DNA of 64,000 nt from Pirellulaceae bacterium (GCA_026989685.1 JALSIV010000211.1:817-64816), one strand, 5' to 3'. Positions 17,023-27,123 are shown, counted from the first letter of the stretch. Translations and numbers: made by a program. Notes: generated by a model from the letters alone, not told the origin.

Positions 17023-18348
17023 CGCATACCACTTCTGCACACGACGCTCGATGCCACGCAGGATTTCATAATCGCTGGGATGAGGCGAGTCGAAGGCGGG
17101 GCGGAGCGGGATGGGAACGTCGTCCATGCGGTAAGCGGTTCCCGCGACGTTGATGCCGTACGTGGCTACGGTGAAGGCGACAGTGGCGGCGCGCGTCGTC
17201 GGAGTCTCTTTGGGATCAAGGGCGACGTAGGGAATCGACTTCAAGTGTTCGCGAGCCGGCTGGCTGAAGTTGGCCATCGGGTCGCTGGCGATGATCATGG
17301 CCGCATCGGCTTCGCGGTTGGCCAACACGTCCGATGCCGTGTATTCGCCGGGGTTGAACCGAGGATAACCTCGCCCCAGGTTGACGCCGAACGGAAACCC
17401 GGTTCGCCATGACACAACATTGTCCGCTCCAGTGACATTCCCATGCCCGCGATTCGGCTTGCAGACGAAACGCGTGTGGCGGTTCATGTCGCGCGTCAGG
17501 GCCAGGAGAGCTTCACTGTTGGCGTGTTTTCCGCGAGTCATCGTCAGCCCCATGCCGAAAAAGATCACACCGAATCGCGCGGCCTTCATGCGATCCATCA
17601 AGTCTTGCCACACGACCAGCGGCTGCCCCGTCTCTCGCTCGACCTGCTCCAGGTCGACCTCGATCTCGGCGGCCAGCGCCCGCAAGGTCCAGAGAGCTTC
17701 GAAGTCCTTGCGAGGCCGGATGGGGATGAACACGTCGGCGGCTCGAGCCGACTTGGTCTTCCGCACATCGATCACCACGCATGTCCGGTCCTTGCGCCCG
17801 CCGGGAACGAACATGCCTTTGGGCATCAGACTGTAGCGGGTGAAATGCCGGGGATGACTCTCGGCCGGATTGGAGCCCCAGAAAATGATCAGATCCGCCC
17901 GATTCCGCACTTCGCCCAGCGAGCAAGTGACTTCACCGACACCTTGAAACGCCATCCCGGAAGGACCGTGGCACACACTGGTGGTCGTGTCGAGGTTGGC
18001 TCCGATCCAGTCGGCGATCGACACCGCAACTCGCTGCGATTCGCACGTCGTATCACTCAAGCCGTAAATCAAGGGATAGCGAGCCTCATATAGGATTTTG
18101 GCCGCCCGCTCGATTCCCTCCTCCACACTGGCCGGCCGCCCTTCGATCCGGCACGACGGAACGTCTTCGACCTCATGGTTGAGAAACCACGACGTTCCCA
18201 AGACGCAAGCTTTCTTCGCCTTGACAATATGGTCGTCCTGCACGTGCAACTCGATGTCGTCGCAGACACAGCCGCAAAACGTGCAGGTGGCGTCTTCCAC
18301 GATCTTCAGTCCGCCCCGAGTCGCCTCGGCATCCGTCGACCGGCTCAT
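16990..18348 (-). CDS. fwdB: formylmethanofuran dehydrogenase subunit B (molybdopterin-oxidoreductase family)
   Basis: N-terminal Fe-S motif CTFCGCVCDD (C-x2-C-x3-C) plus KKAC. Candidate metal-ligand Cys in TTSVCHGPSG. The ATG overlaps the fwdD stop (ATGA). Confidence 0.9.
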   Translation of the reverse strand: MSRSTDAEATRGGLKIVEDATCTFCGCVCDDIELHVQDDHIVKAKKACVLGTSWFLNHEVEDVPSCRIEGRPASVEEGIERAAKILYEARYPLIYGLSDTTCESQRVAVSIADWIGANLDTTTSVCHGPSGMAFQGVGEVTCSLGEVRNRADLIIFWGSNPAESHPRHFTRYSLMPKGMFVPGGRKDRTCVVIDVRKTKSARAADVFIPIRPRKDFEALWTLRALAAEIEVDLEQVERETGQPLVVWQDLMDRMKAARFGVIFFGMGLTMTRGKHANSEALLALTRDMNRHTRFVCKPNRGHGNVTGADNVVSWRTGFPFGVNLGRGYPRFNPGEYTASDVLANREADAAMIIASDPMANFSQPAREHLKSIPYVALDPKETPTTRAATVAFTVATYGINVAGTAYRMDDVPIPLRPAFDSPHPSDYEILRGIERRVQKWYAAEVRSGRWEV

Positions 18349-18722
18349 GAGATTCTCCCCGTATCGATCTCACTCGGATCCGCACTCTCGATCGTGACAT
18401 CCATTCCCTTGCTGGTCGGCATTCCCGATCCATGAGTCTCGCCGCCCATCAGCCGGCTGGAGTATTCGCCGTAAGCCATGAACAGCAATCCGCAAGGGAG
18501 TTCGTCTCCCTTGACCGCCACGACCGGTAATACGACCGAACCGAACTCGCTGCGGATGCGGACGGCGCAGCCCTCCTCGAGCCCCAGCCGCTTCATATCA
18601 TCGGCGTTCATCTGCACCGTGGAGATGGCCTGGCTGTAACGCTGGGCATACTTGCCCTCGCTGATGCCGCATCCCTGATCGCTGGTCCGTCCGGGAATCA
18701 AGATGAAGGTCTCGTTGGTCAT
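18345..18722 (-). CDS. fwdD: formylmethanofuran dehydrogenase subunit D (molybdopterin dinucleotide-binding beta-barrel)
   Basis: FILIPGRTSDQG...MNADDMKRLGLEEGCAVRIRSEFGSVVLPV...HGSGMPTSKG is collinear with archaeal FwdD. Start taken at ATG 18722 (MTNETF) rather than the longer ORF start 18851, which would overlap the upstream gene. Confidence 0.8.
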   Translation of the reverse strand: MTNETFILIPGRTSDQGCGISEGKYAQRYSQAISTVQMNADDMKRLGLEEGCAVRIRSEFGSVVLPVVAVKGDELPCGLLFMAYGEYSSRLMGGETHGSGMPTSKGMDVTIESADPSEIDTGRIS

Positions 18723-18807
18723 GATTCCAGCTTGCCTCAACATGCCGCACAGGGCAAGGGGGTCGAAGGCGGCAAACAGCCAGACAGGGCTCGAGCGAAC
18801 CGGGCCG

Positions 18808-20943
18808 CTATTGCCGATCGTCGCCGTACGAGACGCGCACCACCACATCATGGCAAGTCAGACTCGACGTGCGCACTTTCACCGACTTCCAGTAGGCGTC
18901 ACCCACTTCCGAACTGTTGGCGGCTCCGAAGGCGATCTCGTTGCGAGGATACCCGGCTCGAGGCCGCAACCGTCCCCGCCCATCCAGTCGCAGCACTCCG
19001 TCAACGAAGACTCGAATATCGTCGCCCCGCAACTCGATGCGGTACGTGTGAAAGTCGCCAGCCGTATCCATCGCATGACGGGTGTGTGGATGGTGATAGA
19101 GGGCGATATGGTCGGGAGCGATCTTGAGTCGTTCCCCCGACCGGCCGTTGGCCACGATGATGTAACTGGCGCCGGAGACGGCTTTGACGCGAGCTTCTAC
19201 CACCGACATCCCTTCGGCATCGGCTCCCCAATTCGCCCGGTAAAACAGGTAGTCGCCCGCCTTCTTGCCTCGATCGGCAATCCGCAGCGCTCCGTCTTCT
19301 AGCGATTCGCTGGTTCGTTGCGAGCCGCGGTCGCGCCGCCACGGCTTTTCCGGCCTTCGGGAACCTTCGAAAACGAGCGACCATGCGTCTTTCTGCACCG
19401 GCACTTCCTGCCAAGCCACCGTGACTTTATTCAGTCCTCTGCGCACGGCCGCGGCCGGAAGGGCATAGTCGACCCAACCGTCTCGTACGCTGCCATCGGA
19501 AAGCGCGTTGCCATTGAAGGTCGTTCGGATTTGCCTCGAGTTTCGCAGTTGAGGGATATTCAGATGAAGACTGACACGGGCCTGCCACCCCGCCTTGGCC
19601 GCAGCCGGCAAGTCGTCGGCGATCATCAGATGTGCCGTCAATGTCTGCCGGCTGGTGATCGGACGGGGATGATGAGGAGTGAGGGGAGATCTCGACTGAT
19701 ACCGAGCGCCGCCCACCAACGTGCTATTGGCGTCCGCATCACGCACCGTTACGAAATAGAGCTTCTCGAGATAGCGAAGAGTCTGGGGATCTCCCAGTTC
19801 TTTCCACAGCGGAGCATGCGGATTGAAGAAATTGAACAGGTAAACTCCATCGGCGTTGGCAGCCCACACATTGGCTGCTCGTCCCCGATACGATTCGACC
19901 GAATTGCGCAAGAAACGGCCTTCTCCGCGAACCCGCGATTCGGCCAAACAAGGATAGACGGGAACTCCGTAGCGATGTCCCAATTCCACACTTTCGCGCC
20001 ACGGACGCAGACGGAAATAGCCGCTGGGTACCCACAGGTCGATGAGCCCTTCCTTGAGCCACGTTTCCAGATCGAGCCCAACATCCCGGCAGAACTCGGG
20101 CGAATCGTGAGTGCGAACAGCCAACAGGATGGGGCGTCCTCGCCTCACGCCAACGGCCTCGGTCATCGTACGAATCCGCCGCACCAATTCCGTCATTTGC
20201 CGGCGGTTCTCGTCCGTGGCCGTTCCACCTTGCACATGGTCGCGGAAGAAGAACGAATGCCGGAGGAAATCGAGTTCGATCCCGTCGATGTCATAGTTCC
20301 GGCAGACTTCCTCGACATACCGGTATGCCAATTCGCGAATCTCCGCACGGCCGTAATCGACGGCCGTCCAACCGCCGATTCTCGGACGAGCATCCTTCCG
20401 ACCCAGTAGCCACTCGGGGTGTTCTCGCTTGAGTCGGCTAGCCGCCAGCATCAGCGGCCCGTACCAGGCTCCCGACGCATCGTGCGTGTCGTTCATTCGA
20501 AAGGACCAGAAGACCTCGATACCATGCTCTTTCCCGAAGTCCACCATCACTTTCAGTGGATCGATGCCCCGGTCGATAAAAGCCTGGGTCTGATTGTTGC
20601 GAAAGCCATCCTGGTCGGCAGTGAACAGACTACCCACCTTCGTGTTGTGGGTGAAACATCCGAAAGGAGACGACCACGTGCAATAGAAGATCGTATCGAC
20701 CTGAGTTCCGGCAAGCGGCGTCGTTCGATGGGCCAGCAGTCCCTCGGCCGAAACATCGTCTCGACACAGATAGACCGGCTCATTGCCGTCATTGTTGAAG
20801 ATCAGCCGGCGGCGTTTGGCGGCCGCCTGACGGCGCAGCGATCGCAACTCGGCAAGCCGCTCCGACGACTCTTGGCCGGTCGCCGGCAGCGCCGCAAGCC
20901 ACAATCCCAGGATGACACACCAATGGACGGTCTGCGCTCGCAC
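18808..20943 (-). CDS. exported protein with a glycoside-hydrolase-like TIM-barrel N-terminal part and a concanavalin/LamG-like C-terminal domain
   Basis: GTG start preceded by GGAGAGGAG. Signal peptide VILGLWLAALPATGQ. Coherent protein composition throughout, and the opposite-strand ORF 19318..20409 is Arg-rich junk. Function is inferred only from general resemblance, so the functional call is low confidence. Confidence 0.65.
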   Translation of the reverse strand: MRAQTVHWCVILGLWLAALPATGQESSERLAELRSLRRQAAAKRRRLIFNNDGNEPVYLCRDDVSAEGLLAHRTTPLAGTQVDTIFYCTWSSPFGCFTHNTKVGSLFTADQDGFRNNQTQAFIDRGIDPLKVMVDFGKEHGIEVFWSFRMNDTHDASGAWYGPLMLAASRLKREHPEWLLGRKDARPRIGGWTAVDYGRAEIRELAYRYVEEVCRNYDIDGIELDFLRHSFFFRDHVQGGTATDENRRQMTELVRRIRTMTEAVGVRRGRPILLAVRTHDSPEFCRDVGLDLETWLKEGLIDLWVPSGYFRLRPWRESVELGHRYGVPVYPCLAESRVRGEGRFLRNSVESYRGRAANVWAANADGVYLFNFFNPHAPLWKELGDPQTLRYLEKLYFVTVRDADANSTLVGGARYQSRSPLTPHHPRPITSRQTLTAHLMIADDLPAAAKAGWQARVSLHLNIPQLRNSRQIRTTFNGNALSDGSVRDGWVDYALPAAAVRRGLNKVTVAWQEVPVQKDAWSLVFEGSRRPEKPWRRDRGSQRTSESLEDGALRIADRGKKAGDYLFYRANWGADAEGMSVVEARVKAVSGASYIIVANGRSGERLKIAPDHIALYHHPHTRHAMDTAGDFHTYRIELRGDDIRVFVDGVLRLDGRGRLRPRAGYPRNEIAFGAANSSEVGDAYWKSVKVRTSSLTCHDVVVRVSYGDDRQ

Positions 20944-21016
20944 TGCCGACTCCTCTCCAGAACTCCAGATCCGGCATCATTCCATGGATGGGGAACAAGC
21001 AGGCTTTCCCATGCTG

Positions 21017-21994
21017 TCAACGCTCCACAACCCAGATGTTGCGATAGACCACCGGGTTTCCGTGTCCCTGCAGGTACAGACCATCCGGGGCGGGGCCTTC
21101 TCCGTGCCGTCCCGGTGTCGCGTGAGGCAGCTCGAGATCCTCGTGAATCACCACACCGTTGTGGCGAATCGTGACGCGTGCGTTGGCCGTCTTGTTGCCG
21201 TCCTTGTCATAGCGAGCCGCGGTAAAGTCGATGTCGTACGTTTGCCAAGTCAGTGGCGGGTAGCACATATTGACGATCGGCGCGGCGATCTTGTAGATGC
21301 CGCCGCACTCGTTGTTCTCGCCGGAAAGCCCGAATGAGTCCAACACTTGGATTTCATAACGACTCTGCACGTAGACACCACTGTTTCCTCGAGCCTGTCC
21401 GCGAGCCTTCGGCTTGAACGGAGTGCGGAACTCGACGTGCAACGTATGGTCACCGAACTTCCGCTTGGTCCAGCAATTCGCCGCCAGCAGTTTTTCCATG
21501 ACGATCTTGCCATTTTCGAACTCATCGGCCGAAGAACCGTCGAACAGCACAATCGCGTTCTTCGGCGGTTTCTTACCCAAGGTCGGACTCTTGCGATGCG
21601 TCTTTTTCAACCGGGCGACCTCGTCGCCATCGAAATTCTCCACGATCAGATCGCCGTCCACGATCTTGGTGACGAATTCCGGTCCTTCGATCGTAACCAC
21701 ACCGTCGATCCGCCCGCCTTCGGCCGACACTTGTTCGTCACCTCGGCTCCAGCCGTCTCCCGGCAGCCCGCCCTTGTAACCGACGACGCGGAACTTGCCG
21801 TCGCCCAGCGCGATCACCTGCGCTCCCCATTTCTCGCCATCGACCGTTTCGCCGACGTACTCGCCTTGCGCCTCGTAATCGGGCCCTGCCTGCTTGGGAT
21901 CGAGATAGACATGGCCTTTGGGCGGAGCCGCTGAAACGACCAGGCAACCCCACGACACACCTACGATTACCAACAACGCTGCAGCCCGTTTCAT
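21017..21994 (-). CDS. DUF1080 (3-keto-disaccharide hydrolase-like) domain protein, exported
   Basis: ATG preceded by GAGGAGG. Signal peptide. C-terminal signature GNSGVYVQSRYEIQVLD...GGIYKIAAP...QTYDIDFTA...LYLQGHGNPVVYRNIWV. Confidence 0.85.
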   Translation of the reverse strand: MKRAAALLVIVGVSWGCLVVSAAPPKGHVYLDPKQAGPDYEAQGEYVGETVDGEKWGAQVIALGDGKFRVVGYKGGLPGDGWSRGDEQVSAEGGRIDGVVTIEGPEFVTKIVDGDLIVENFDGDEVARLKKTHRKSPTLGKKPPKNAIVLFDGSSADEFENGKIVMEKLLAANCWTKRKFGDHTLHVEFRTPFKPKARGQARGNSGVYVQSRYEIQVLDSFGLSGENNECGGIYKIAAPIVNMCYPPLTWQTYDIDFTAARYDKDGNKTANARVTIRHNGVVIHEDLELPHATPGRHGEGPAPDGLYLQGHGNPVVYRNIWVVER

Positions 21995-22107
21995 ACACTC
22001 ATCCTCCTCGGATCACTCTCAAGTCATTTGCTTCGAATGCAACACGTCCGTCGAATCGTGTCCCGGTGGATCGCCATTTTCTCCCCGGTAACGGCCCTCA
22101 TGATGGC

Positions 22108-25100
22108 TCATCCGCCGACGGGAATCAAGCGAATCACCTGCAGGTCGCACAGAGCACCATGGACGGGACCATTCGGACGGAATACGGCTTCGGTCCGTCC
22201 CGGCTCGAGCTCCACCGTTCCGAGCACCTTGGTGGTGTACCTCGCCCAGTCGCCGGTGGAGGCGATTTCTCCGGTAAGCGATTGTCCCCCGATCGTAAAC
22301 AAGTAGCGGTTGCCGGAACTGGGTAGGCCACACGAGTAGACGAGGTAGACGCGATATTTGGCCGCCTTCTTCACCTCGACGTCCCAAGCCGCCCAATCCC
22401 GGTCACTGTTCCAATAGCCCAGATTGCGAAACTGCGGTTCAAAGACCAGCGTCGGCCCATAAATGCGGGCATGGATGGCGAACAGCCGGAAGGAGCCGTC
22501 GTCCCGCACGGGCGCCAATTGCGGCTGGTTGCCCGGAAACGACTTGGGAGTCGGTTTGAAGGACTGCAGGTAGGCGATCACGTGAGCCGTCTCGTCGGGA
22601 GTCATTTCCTTCTCCAGTCCCTCGGGCATCAGGGACTTACCGGTACTCTTGAGTTGTTCCACTTCGCTTCTCAGGATCACGTGCTCCTTGGCCTCCTGGT
22701 CTACGAGTGTCACACGATGGGCAGCTTCATTGAGCAGCAGGCCGGAGATGACGCGTCCGTCCGTGAGCGCGACGACGTAGCTTTGGAATCGATCCTCCAT
22801 CGCGCGATTCGGATCGAAGATGGCAGTCAACAGGAATTGCCTTGATCGGTTGGTCAGCGTCAGCAGGTCGGGACCGATCACGTTGCCGACACCTTCCAAT
22901 TGATGACACGTCGAGCACCGCTTCTTGAAGACTTCCTTGCCTTTCGCGGCATCGCCCGGCAAATCGGCGATGGCCGCAGCCATCTGCGCAATCACCTTCG
23001 CCCGGTCTTCGCTCACTTCTCCGGCCAACAGCTTCTCGGCTCGACTCCGCAGCGCCTGAGACTGGTGGCTGCGCAACATCGATAGCCGCGCGGCTCCCAA
23101 ATCGGCCGCGGTGATCTCTCCCGCCTCGATCCGATTCAGGAGTTCCTCGGTCCAGTGGGTGCGGGAAAACAGAGCGTCCAGCACCTGCCCCCGGATGCTC
23201 GGCGAGAGACTCGACCAGTTGGCCAGCATGGCCGTGGCTGCTGCCGGGCTACCCAACTGCCTGAGCCGTGCCACGGCTTCCCGCTGGATGGGAATGGCGA
23301 TTTGAGGTTGCAGCAGGTCTTGCAATACCTCCAGGTCGTCGCGCAACCGCCGGCCGTCGCGCCCCAATAGCCGAATGGCCGCCAATCGCGTCTGCAAATC
23401 GGCCTGGTCATCCGCGACCATGGCTTTGGCACGCTCGATCCAAGTAGCCAGTCGCCGACGTGTCCCTTCGGAAATCAGACGTTGAGACTTCGCGCCGGTG
23501 CGCCGCACAACATCCAGCACTTGTGCCAGGACAGCAGGGTCCGGGAGAGTCGCGGCATCGGCCGGCAGAACGTGATCGACGATGCGCGTCACTCCATCCC
23601 CGTCCGAAAAAGCGCCGGCTTGCTCCAACAACTCGGCAAGCAGCGCCGTCCATTTCCCGGTCGGTGCTTTCTCCAACACCTTGCGGACGACTGCATTGAC
23701 GTTGTGCTGATCGAGAGAACTCAGAGCCGCCTGTCGAAACCAGCGGTCGTCACCATAGGTGGCCAACCATTCGCCGAGCCGCTCGGAAGCTGCGGCGGTC
23801 CGGCATTCTCCCAGAGAATACGCCAGTTGGAGACGCAGTTGCGGGTCGCGCGCGGGATCTTGAGCCAACACCGCGGCACGAATCTGTTCGTTTTCATTCA
23901 GCCGGCGTTCACTCAGTTTGATCGCGTGTCGTGCTACCGCCGGATGGGTGTCCTTCAGCGCGGTCAACAGCACGGCGGGCTCGAGACAATCGAGTCCGTC
24001 GAGTGTATAGAGTGCATGAAGCCGGGCCTGCGGCGAGGAAGATCCCTCGACGGTTTCCACCAGATTCGGCACCACATCATCCTCACCTCGCCAGAGAATG
24101 AGTTGCTGAGCCATACTGCGCACCCAACCGTTGGAACTGTTGAGTGCTTCGACCCACTCGGCCGGAGATCGATCGGCCAATCGAGGAAACGGTCGAGCCT
24201 TTCCATCAGCCGGTACCACACGGTAGATCCTTCCCATCCGTTCTCCGGCCCGCACGTCGAGCTTGCGCCGCCACGACTCGGGAATCCACTGGGGATGTTC
24301 GATCACGAAGCGGTACATGTCGGCCACCCACACCGCCCCATCGGGGCCGGTGCGCACCATGACGGGGCGACTCCAATTGTCTTCCGAAGCGAAAAACTCC
24401 GATGACTTCTGCTCGTCGGCACGGGTGACTCGAAAGCTGTAACCCTCGGGCTGCATGACGCCGCGGTAGACCAGATCGTGTACCGGCTCGCAGACAAAGA
24501 CATTTCCGTAATACGACTCGCCCAGCAGCGTGTCCCGGTAAATCACCGGACTGCAAGCGGAGGTGAAGCGATCGACCTTGTCGAAGTCGTTGAACCTCGT
24601 CAGCGTACGACTGGCGGGAAACACGGGAGCCGCACCCGGTGGTACGCAGATGCTCCTTCTCACCGCGCCGGCCCGCAAATGGACATTGCGCCGGAGGTAT
24701 TGCTCGTCAAGCACATAGTGCCAGATCGGGTCGCTGTTGTTTCCGCCGAACCAGTTGCCCCAATCGTCCTGACAACGGCCATACTGCGTGCTTCCCGACT
24801 GCGTCTCCAAATCCCCTGTGTCCGGGTCGATCCGCAGATCGCGGCCGCTCACCGAAACGGTCCTTCCTGTCTTTAGTGACACGATCTTGCCACCACTATC
24901 TCCGTTTCCCACGTAGACCCAGTTGTCGATTCCGAAACGCAGGCCGTTGACGCGATGCTGCTGGTTCCCTTCACCGAATCCTCGAAACAGAACCTTGCAG
25001 ACCTCCGCCTTGCCGTCCCCGTCCCCGTCCTCGAAATAGAGAATCTCGGGCGCGGCCGTCACCAGGATTCCCTTCCGCCAGACTTTGACGCCTGTGGGAA

Positions 25101-26790
25101 AAGGAATGCCGTCGACGAACACCGTGGCGCGGTCGTATCGCCCGTCGCCATCCGTGTCGACCAGGCGTTTGATGCGCCCTCCCGGTTTCCCCCGGCCGTC
25201 CATTCCGTTGGGATAATCCCGCATTTCGACCACCCACAGGGAACCATCGGGCCCCCAATCGAAAGCCACCGGGTCGACAATCAGCGGTTCCGCCGCAACG
25301 AGTTCGACTCGCATATCTTTGGGAACGCGAATGGCTCGCCGGGCCTCTTCGGGTGCCTTCGCCGGTGGCAGATCGCGCTGTTTCTCTTTGGAATAATACG
25401 AATGAGGCAACAAACGCTGGATGGTGTCGATGATCCGGTCTTCCACGGCCGGATCGAACCGAGTCGGCTTCTCATAGTAGACCATCGACGAATCCGCTTC
25501 GTATCCGCCCTCCCTGAGAATTCGCCGTGACGGAATGTAACACGGGATGTCGTTGGCGTAGGCCACCGTCCAGATGCGATCCGGATCGAATTCACGGTCG
25601 ATGCGGATGGCATAGTCGACCACGACTTCGCCACCCAAGAAAACGAATGCCAACGAGTCCGCGAACGTCCAGGTTCCGATGGGATACTCGACCTTTGCGG
25701 GAATCGTCTTTCCTTCGTCGAGCATTTTGAGGAAATGTCGGGCAAGTTGTCCGCGAGCCCCGCCCGCCTTGGCCTGCTTCTCCCACTCCTCTCGCTCGGG
25801 CAGTTTCCCCAACGGCAACGAGATCTGATCGAATCGGCAGCGGATTTCACCTTGGATCGGCTTCAGATCTTGCGTGAGCAACCGAGCAACTTCTTTGCGA
25901 ACCGCTTCCCCGTGCTGCTTGCAGTATTCGAACTTGCCTCGAGGCTCCGGGTTGGCGTCGGCACCGCAGCCGATGATCACCAGCGCCGTGGCATCGGGAA
26001 AATCGGCTTCAATGTACTCCTGCGCAAAGCCCGCCCAATCGCCGGCGATCTCCATGTAATTGCCGCCCAACGTCGTACAGTGACAGGCATAGCCGACCAG
26101 CACGGCAATCGGGGTGCCCTGGGAGTTCCTCGCCACCAGCACCGGGAGGCGACGATCGGTCGGCCCGTCAGGCTGAACTCCGAATCCGCGCCACGCTCCT
26201 TGTTTGAGCACTCGTCGGTTGGCGGCGAAACCCACCTGACCACGCCCCCAAGCAAGCGTCGCCGGCTGCCGATTTTCCAGAGCCTTGAGTCCCACCTCGA
26301 CGATCTTGTCTTCCAACTCCCGACGGAATCTCTCGAGATGAGCCCTGTGTTCCGCCGGAACGGGATCCTGAGAAATAAACGGAGCGTAACCGACGACCCA
26401 CGGTGCCGAATGCGTATGCGTACTGCACACGGCAATGCGTTCCCGAGGCACTCCCGCCTTGCCCCCGATTCTCTGACAGACTTTTTCCACGAGATCGGCG
26501 GGAAAGCCGCACGTCTCCACGTTAATCAACAGCACCGGACCACCCGACGCTTCATCACCGATCGCCAGGGCCCGCACGTGGATTCTCTGAGCCACCTTCG
26601 CAACTTCGTCTCGACGGCCGGCGTAGCCGGCCAGCCGCACGGGATAGTCGGGGGTGATATCGACTTTGGCCGTCCCGACGGCGTACGTGGCGGACACGCC
26701 CGGATCCTCGGCCCAAGCCACCCCACCCCAAATCGTGACGGCGCAATACACCGCCACCGGCCACACCACAGATTTCGTCCTCTTGGCCAT
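22108..26790 (-). CDS. giant multidomain PVC-type haem-binding CxxCH protein with N-terminal ceramidase-like module
   Basis: Start at ATG 26790 (MAKRTKSVVWPVAVYCAVTIWGGVAWA). Domain order: ceramidase-like (GTAKVDITPDYPVRLAGYA...GYACHCT...IGCGADANP); membrane-bound-dehydrogenase-like beta-propeller region (DWGPDGSLWVVEMRDYPNG); HEAT-like helical repeats; cytochrome c site KRCSTCHQLEG...SLMPEGL; C-terminal beta-rich module. Confidence 0.85.
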   Translation of the reverse strand: MAKRTKSVVWPVAVYCAVTIWGGVAWAEDPGVSATYAVGTAKVDITPDYPVRLAGYAGRRDEVAKVAQRIHVRALAIGDEASGGPVLLINVETCGFPADLVEKVCQRIGGKAGVPRERIAVCSTHTHSAPWVVGYAPFISQDPVPAEHRAHLERFRRELEDKIVEVGLKALENRQPATLAWGRGQVGFAANRRVLKQGAWRGFGVQPDGPTDRRLPVLVARNSQGTPIAVLVGYACHCTTLGGNYMEIAGDWAGFAQEYIEADFPDATALVIIGCGADANPEPRGKFEYCKQHGEAVRKEVARLLTQDLKPIQGEIRCRFDQISLPLGKLPEREEWEKQAKAGGARGQLARHFLKMLDEGKTIPAKVEYPIGTWTFADSLAFVFLGGEVVVDYAIRIDREFDPDRIWTVAYANDIPCYIPSRRILREGGYEADSSMVYYEKPTRFDPAVEDRIIDTIQRLLPHSYYSKEKQRDLPPAKAPEEARRAIRVPKDMRVELVAAEPLIVDPVAFDWGPDGSLWVVEMRDYPNGMDGRGKPGGRIKRLVDTDGDGRYDRATVFVDGIPFPTGVKVWRKGILVTAAPEILYFEDGDGDGKAEVCKVLFRGFGEGNQQHRVNGLRFGIDNWVYVGNGDSGGKIVSLKTGRTVSVSGRDLRIDPDTGDLETQSGSTQYGRCQDDWGNWFGGNNSDPIWHYVLDEQYLRRNVHLRAGAVRRSICVPPGAAPVFPASRTLTRFNDFDKVDRFTSACSPVIYRDTLLGESYYGNVFVCEPVHDLVYRGVMQPEGYSFRVTRADEQKSSEFFASEDNWSRPVMVRTGPDGAVWVADMYRFVIEHPQWIPESWRRKLDVRAGERMGRIYRVVPADGKARPFPRLADRSPAEWVEALNSSNGWVRSMAQQLILWRGEDDVVPNLVETVEGSSSPQARLHALYTLDGLDCLEPAVLLTALKDTHPAVARHAIKLSERRLNENEQIRAAVLAQDPARDPQLRLQLAYSLGECRTAAASERLGEWLATYGDDRWFRQAALSSLDQHNVNAVVRKVLEKAPTGKWTALLAELLEQAGAFSDGDGVTRIVDHVLPADAATLPDPAVLAQVLDVVRRTGAKSQRLISEGTRRRLATWIERAKAMVADDQADLQTRLAAIRLLGRDGRRLRDDLEVLQDLLQPQIAIPIQREAVARLRQLGSPAAATAMLANWSSLSPSIRGQVLDALFSRTHWTEELLNRIEAGEITAADLGAARLSMLRSHQSQALRSRAEKLLAGEVSEDRAKVIAQMAAAIADLPGDAAKGKEVFKKRCSTCHQLEGVGNVIGPDLLTLTNRSRQFLLTAIFDPNRAMEDRFQSYVVALTDGRVISGLLLNEAAHRVTLVDQEAKEHVILRSEVEQLKSTGKSLMPEGLEKEMTPDETAHVIAYLQSFKPTPKSFPGNQPQLAPVRDDGSFRLFAIHARIYGPTLVFEPQFRNLGYWNSDRDWAAWDVEVKKAAKYRVYLVYSCGLPSSGNRYLFTIGGQSLTGEIASTGDWARYTTKVLGTVELEPGRTEAVFRPNGPVHGALCDLQVIRLIPVGG

Positions 26791-27123
26791 CGTGCCGCCT
26801 CGTCGCTGGCTGGTACTGATACGGCTGGTAGCAAAACTCTCGCGCGCAGGCAATCCATCCGAGGATCGATGGCAATGCGGCGGGTCTTGGTACCGGTCAA
26901 AGGAAATAAACTCGACTGCATTTTACTCTGCCGGAGCCCAACATTCGACCGGCCCACTCAGTGATCCTCAAGACCGGCCTTTCGTGCTATAGTGGACGGT
27001 TGTTCTGAATCGGCTTTTGCGAAGTGCAAGACTGCATTTCCACGAGCCATACGCCCGAGGCGCCTGGGTAGGACGGCGAGTGGCATGACACGTATCAAGA
27101 ACCATCCGGCAGACTCTCCGACT

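Noticed and set aside
19318-20409. 363-aa plus-strand ORF
   Set aside because: Antisense to the signal-peptide-bearing gene 18808-20943. Arg-rich and motif-free.
25735-26964. 409-aa plus-strand ORF, plus other plus-strand ORFs between 22400 and 26900
   Set aside because: Antisense shadows of the 1560-aa PVC-type haem-binding gene.
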